Origin: an uncultured Gammaproteobacteria bacterium
GTDB lineage: Bacteria; Patescibacteriota; Patescibacteriia; SBBC01; CAIJZX01
Assembly: GCA_964383765.1 (NCBI GenBank)
Contig: CAYLHT010000003.1
Coordinates: 6,328 to 70,327 of the forward strand
Direction of reading: 5' to 3'
DNA: 64,000 nucleotides
The notes beneath the pieces are model-generated. The model had not been told where the DNA came from and ran no database searches. It saw nothing but the letters and a program-made list of their open reading frames with translations. Position 1 is the stretch's first letter, and each line of letters starts with the position of its first letter. The translations under genes and the position numbers were made by a program. Below are positions 59,958-64,000 of the stretch, piece after piece.

Positions 59958-60500
59958 GTGTTGCGGATGACGCAGATTGGTGGTATCACCGAGTTCAGAC
60001 AAGTCATCGTCAAGCCGGAAGTACTGGTCGTTCCAAGCAAGATCGGTGGTCGGCTACCAAGTGACGGGATCAGTTGGCGCGTTCCGGTCAGTCCAAACGC
60101 GCCGGGCGCCATCCTCCCCCTGCTCGACGACTACTTGCTGGGGAAACACGAGTTGCTGGAAATGTTTGTCGCGCGTGTAGCGCACGTTGCTTCGGAAGCC
60201 TTGATCAATGCCGGTCGGTACGGTCTACCGGGCAGCGAGATGCAGGTCGGATGTAAAGTTGTCGGATTTGGTGACACCCGGCGCTGCACTGTCCAGGTGT
60301 TCCACTATGTCGCCCCGACGGTTGAGGTCTTTCCGCAGGGAACTGACATCCCCGCCCCCGATCAACAAGAGGCTTTAGAGAGAGGGGGTCGAGGCCTACC
60401 GATCATGAAGCAACGCGCCGACAGCTTCGCACTCGAAGACTTGCCTGGCAACGCCAAGGAAGTTACGCTGTCGTTCGACCTGAACAGTCCTATCCGCTAG
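59958..60500 (+). CDS. GHKL/HATPase ATP-binding protein (RsbW/anti-sigma kinase-like)
   Basis: N-box SEALINA.RYG and G2-box ERGGRGLPIM...AD; upstream promoter TTGACA(59884)-17-TAGACC. Confidence 0.7.
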   Translation: MLRMTQIGGITEFRQVIVKPEVLVVPSKIGGRLPSDGISWRVPVSPNAPGAILPLLDDYLLGKHELLEMFVARVAHVASEALINAGRYGLPGSEMQVGCKVVGFGDTRRCTVQVFHYVAPTVEVFPQGTDIPAPDQQEALERGGRGLPIMKQRADSFALEDLPGNAKEVTLSFDLNSPIR

Positions 60501-60589
60501 GACGAGGGGTTGGCGGACATATAGCGAGAGAAGACACTCGTAAGTCATCCACAGCACTACGCCTAGCAGTAGCTCGCCAGGCGGTTTTC

Positions 60590-60619
60590 TTGACAGTCCC
60601 GCTCTACGCCTGGTACTGT
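60590..60619 (+). promoter_or_regulatory. Sigma70 promoter of the tRNA-like array
   Basis: TTGACA-18-TACTGT with an extended TG. Confidence 0.6.
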
Positions 60620-60633
60620 GCTCGAGGTTTGGT

Positions 60634-60729
60634 GGGCATGTAGCTCAATATAATGACACACGGGGATTCACACAGAGCGCTCCGTCGCGAGGACGGGGAG
60701 GTTGCTGGACAGCGCGCCAGCCATGCCCG
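60634..60729 (+). ncRNA. tRNA-like RNA 1 (expanded D loop, non-canonical T loop)
   Basis: GGGCATG/CATGCCC; TA GCTC..28 nt..GAGC; CTCCG/CGGGG with a 9-nt loop; GCTGG-ACAGCGCG-CCAGC. Confidence 0.7.
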
Positions 60730-60746
60730 CCGTAATGTACCGTGGT

Positions 60747-60877
60747 GGTGATGTGACTGAGTCTGGCGAAAGAAACCGGCCTGTGGATGCGTATTCGTGT
60801 GGGCCGCTGTGGAGATCGTAACGATGGGAGGCGATCCATCGTGCTCCGCTACCGGAGGTTCGAATCCTCCCTCACCA
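60747..60877 (+). ncRNA. tRNA-like RNA 2 (enlarged anticodon and variable arms)
   Basis: GGTGA/TCACC acceptor; CGGCC/GGCCG enclosing 20 nt; long variable arm GGAG..ACGATGG/CCATCGT..CTCC; GGAGG-TTCGAAT-CCTCC. Confidence 0.65.
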
Positions 60878-60889
60878 CTGCGTTCTTTT

Positions 60890-60963
60890 GACGGGATGGC
60901 CGAGACTCGAAGGCCGCGGCGTGAAAAACCGTGTTTCGTCGGTGAATCCGACTCCCGTCTCCA
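60890..60963 (+). ncRNA. tRNA-like RNA 3 (Cys-like scaffold, 5-nt T loop, CCA)
   Basis: GACGGGA/TCCCGTC-T-CCA; GCC/GGC D stem; GCGG-CGTGAAAAA-CCGT; GTCGG-TGAAT-CCGAC. Confidence 0.7.
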
Positions 60964-60987
60964 ATGTTCTGTCTCAAATCAGATCGA

Positions 60988-61064
60988 GCCCCTCTAGCTC
61001 AGAGGTAGAGCGCCTGGGCGCGTCATCAACCAGGAGGTCTGCGGTTCGAATCCGCAGAGGGGCT
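60988..61064 (+). ncRNA. tRNA-like RNA 4 (12-nt anticodon loop)
   Basis: GCCCCTC/GAGGGGC; GCTC-AGAGGTA-GAGC; CCTGG-GCGCGTCATCAA-CCAGG; TGCGG-TTCGAAT-CCGCA. Confidence 0.8.
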
Positions 61065-61077
61065 CAAGATTTCTTTA

Positions 61078-61152
61078 GGGCTGGTCGCTCAACAGGCTAG
61101 AGCACCGGGCACTAACCCCCGGAGGTAGGAGGTTCGAGTCCTCCCCAGCCCA
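61078..61152 (+). ncRNA. tRNA-like RNA 5 (8-nt anticodon loop CACTAACC)
   Basis: GGGCTGG/CCAGCCC; GCTC/GAGC; CCGGG/CCCGG; GGAGG-TTCGAGT-CCTCC. Confidence 0.8.
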
Positions 61153-61157
61153 CAACT

Positions 61158-61186
61158 TCCCTGGGTCATCACGACCAGGGATTTTT
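61158..61186 (+). terminator. Intrinsic terminator closing the tRNA-like array
   Basis: tccctgggtc-atcac-gaccaggga-ttttt. Confidence 0.7.
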
Positions 61187-64000
61187 CTATACCGCTCTAA
61201 ATTCGCAAATCTCCCGGTAATCACAAAACTTACACACCATTTCACTCGGTGTAGCTCGGAAATCACCGGAGTGAATTTTTTTGATGGTTGAGCTGACCCA
61301 CTCTTTTGCTGCGGCTGAATCTTTTTCCGTCGGAGTCATTGTCCGCGATTCATTTTCATCAATAAAGTAATACTCGAGCTCCTTCACTTCAGCGTTGAGA
61401 ATATTTGGATCTTGCACGGCCAAGGCGTAAATCAGTAACTGATACTTATCATCTTTTTCGAACTTTTCCTTAACCTTCCCGGTTTTGTAATCCACGATTT
61501 TCACTTCGGGTTTTTCATTGGTTCCACCAATTTGATCAATTCGATCGACAGCTCCATTCACAACAAACTCATCAACTTTCAGATTGAACACTTGTTCTAG
61601 CCTGAGAACATTCGGCATAGCCTTGAGTATTTTCGCATACCACTCGGTCAATGCCTGTTTGCCCTTGTCATAATATTCATTCTTCAATTTCTTTTTCGGA
61701 TACCATTCATCGATAAAGCACCGATCGTACATGGTCAGCAACTCTTCTTCGCTTACAGTTTGACCGTCTTTGGCCCGCTCTTTCCAGAGCGCGAAAAAGT
61801 TGAACAGTGTTTTGTGAACTGACGAACCATACGATAATGCATAGCTCCCCTTCTTCGGAACTTGAAGCACAAAAGCGTAGCGGTATTTCCAGGGACAATC
61901 GTTGTAGGTTGAGAGCTTAGTGAAACTGTATTGTTTTTCACGCGCGACGTACGCAACCACTTCTTTTTTCTGTTTGGGTGTGGGCTTGAATTCACGGGCC
62001 GGTAATGGCAATTTCTTCTCGGCCGCTACGGGTGGTTTCAGTAAACCCAGCTCATACATAAATGCTGACGGTTTTTTCCGACGCTGACCACCGTAATCTT
62101 CGGCTAAGGTAAAAAACACACCGTTCCGAGCCCGCGTGATCGCGACGTACATCAAGCGTCGTTCTTCTTGGACGTGCGCGTCACCCGTGGGTAAGATTTC
62201 ACGTACTAAAGCATCCGGCACTGGAATCGGATCTTTACGATCCATGCCTGGAAAGCGCTGTTCGACAACATTACCGATAAACACGTATGGAAATTCGAGT
62301 CCTTTGGCCGAATGGATCGTCATAATTTTGATTGTGTCCGGCCCGGACGATTCCAGGTCATGCTCAAGTCCGCCGGCGTCACCTGACTCAGTGACATGGT
62401 CAATGTATTTCAGAAACGATTTGACCGTCGCTGGCCGTTCACCTTGTTGAAAAGTTTCAATAACTTTAAAGAGTTGTTTCAAGTAACTTGTCTGTTCATG
62501 CGTTTCCGCGGTTTCTTTTTTCGTAATCTCTTGCAAATATCCAGAATCATTCAGGAATTGGAGGAGTACTTCACCAACAGATTTTGTGTTGGCTAACTCA
62601 GTGTGAGCCTGAATTAGGCTTTTGATTTTTTTGACGCCGGCCCGAGTTGCATCGGAAATAGTGATGTCATCATGCAGCAATTGCTCATACAACGACCGAT
62701 TTTTCTTTTTGGCTTGATAGGAAAGTTCGACGACATCACCGTGATCAATCCCGAACACTGGAATAGCCAGTACGCGATACAACGCCGCGCTTTCGTGATA
62801 ATTATCAAGCAACCGTAAATACGCTAACAGGTCGATCACCAACGGTTTCGTGAATAATCCCCGCGCCGCTAAGAACACGTGCGGCATTCCCCGACGTTCG
62901 AATTCATTGATAAAAATTTGGGCGTGATCGTTGGCACGAACCAAAACACAAAATGAATCCCAACCCACGACGTTCCCCTCCTTGTCTAAGGAGGGGTGGC
63001 CGGAGGCCGGGGTGGTCAGGGCGCGCGATCGAAGTTCCTCAACCTTATCCGCCACCGCGCGTGCCTCCGCCTCTTGTGTATCAACATGAATCACGCCGAT
63101 CTCCCCATTTCCCTCTCGCTGCGCCTTCAATTTCTTCACAATCGCCATGCCGCCGAACAGTTCTTTCTTCGCTTCCAATCGGTCCGGATTATTATGTTGG
63201 ATAAAGGTATGGGCTAAATCGAGAATCGACTGCTTGGTTCGATAGTTTTTCGTGAGTACAATCACTTCGGCGTCGGCAAAGTCCTTTTTGAATTCAAGGA
63301 TATTTGACACAGATGCTCCACGAAACTTATAGATCGATTGGTCATCATCACCGACCACGGTCAAATTGTTCCGTGGCTTGGCTAGACGTTTAATCAACTC
63401 GTACTGCGCCCAGTTCGTGTCTTGGAATTCGTCAACCAGAATGTATTGGAATTGCTGCTGGTATTTTTTGAGAATTGCCGGCCGTTCGCGCAACAAACGT
63501 AACGTGTACAAGATCAGGTCACCAAAGTCTAAGGCGTTGTTATCGAGCAATAATTGATTGTATGTATCATAGGCTTTTGCAAGTTCCATTATTCGGGCGG
63601 CCTCAGCTTTCTCTTCGTCAGTAGTTTTGTTTTTCGACAGAGTCTTTGCGTATTTCAAATATTCCGCCGGTGAAATGTCTTCATCTTTAAGTCGCGAAAA
63701 ATGTTTGACCAGCGCGGTAATGAATTTCGTCGGATTCCCAAGCGGGCGATAATAGTCCAAATCAAAGTCATCAAGATGTTCCCGAATCAATAGCCACTGG
63801 TCGGTTTGGGACAACAACTTGAAGTCATTCGACAACCCAATATCGAGTGCGTGTTCTTTCAGTAACCGCTGTCCAAGGCTGTGAAATGTCATCACCCATA
63901 GATCAACATACCCAAACGGTAAAATCCGCTCGACCCGATCCTGCATTTCACCGGCAGCTTTATTGGTAAACGTCAACGCTAAAATATTATCCGACGGCAC
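61187..64000 (-). CDS. UvrD/PcrA-family helicase fused to a PD-(D/E)xK nuclease (5'-truncated by the window)
   Basis: LTFTNKAA, VDEFQDTN, GDDDQSIY.FRGA, HSAKGLEF, EERRLMYVAITRA, G.VDRID..IVDYKTG, and Fe-S Cys (CP...CKFCDYREIC). Confidence 0.92.
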   Translation of the reverse strand: MPSDNILALTFTNKAAGEMQDRVERILPFGYVDLWVMTFHSLGQRLLKEHALDIGLSNDFKLLSQTDQWLLIREHLDDFDLDYYRPLGNPTKFITALVKHFSRLKDEDISPAEYLKYAKTLSKNKTTDEEKAEAARIMELAKAYDTYNQLLLDNNALDFGDLILYTLRLLRERPAILKKYQQQFQYILVDEFQDTNWAQYELIKRLAKPRNNLTVVGDDDQSIYKFRGASVSNILEFKKDFADAEVIVLTKNYRTKQSILDLAHTFIQHNNPDRLEAKKELFGGMAIVKKLKAQREGNGEIGVIHVDTQEAEARAVADKVEELRSRALTTPASGHPSLDKEGNVVGWDSFCVLVRANDHAQIFINEFERRGMPHVFLAARGLFTKPLVIDLLAYLRLLDNYHESAALYRVLAIPVFGIDHGDVVELSYQAKKKNRSLYEQLLHDDITISDATRAGVKKIKSLIQAHTELANTKSVGEVLLQFLNDSGYLQEITKKETAETHEQTSYLKQLFKVIETFQQGERPATVKSFLKYIDHVTESGDAGGLEHDLESSGPDTIKIMTIHSAKGLEFPYVFIGNVVEQRFPGMDRKDPIPVPDALVREILPTGDAHVQEERRLMYVAITRARNGVFFTLAEDYGGQRRKKPSAFMYELGLLKPPVAAEKKLPLPAREFKPTPKQKKEVVAYVAREKQYSFTKLSTYNDCPWKYRYAFVLQVPKKGSYALSYGSSVHKTLFNFFALWKERAKDGQTVSEEELLTMYDRCFIDEWYPKKKLKNEYYDKGKQALTEWYAKILKAMPNVLRLEQVFNLKVDEFVVNGAVDRIDQIGGTNEKPEVKIVDYKTGKVKEKFEKDDKYQLLIYALAVQDPNILNAEVKELEYYFIDENESRTMTPTEKDSAAAKEWVSSTIKKIHSGDFRATPSEMVCKFCDYREICEFRAV
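62975..63017. repeat. In-frame palindromic element in the helicase gene
   Basis: cccctcctt-gtct-aaggagggg-t-ggcc-gga-ggcc-ggggtggtc. Confidence 0.75.

Noticed and set aside
60511-60580. Possible sixth cloverleaf (TGGCG...CGCCA with two small hairpins)
   Set aside because: No recognisable T or D loop consensus, and it lies upstream of the array promoter; too weak to call.
60645-61266. Short ORFs across the tRNA-like array
   Set aside because: Better explained by RNA structure; no SD or protein motifs.

Overview
This is 64 kb of bacterial chromosome (genetic code 11). The gene content and architecture strongly suggest Patescibacteria/CPR: short PheS and EF-Ts, a UvrD-PD-(D/E)xK fusion, double-domain ThyX, a sortase next to a giant DUF11 protein, and NTN-rich linkers. 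Most of the window is housekeeping: rarA, mutM, uppP/uppS, tkt, queA, rpsB-tsf, rpmE-prfA-prmC, rodA, dnaE, thrS, miaA, gatB, tmk-thyX, secE-nusG-rplK-rplA, gyrB, pheST, five normal tRNAs and several lone ORFans. Four things stand out. (1) A complete tRNA-Pro(CGG) is nested inside the anticodon arm of a second, CCA-terminated tRNA-Pro-like cloverleaf (11789-11968). (2) A promoter-to-terminator array of five tRNA-like RNAs with intact stems but aberrant loops (60634-61152) follows an RsbW-like ATPase gene. (3) A 293-bp element made of only a GIY-YIG ORF between perfect 20-bp inverted repeats sits at the rodA start codon with an ATG duplication (28880-29172). (4) A RAYT transposase carries its own REP palindromes inside its ORF, and a second palindrome family is inserted in-frame in miaA, pheT and uvrD. 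All product calls come from motif recognition by eye; no searches or folding programs were run.
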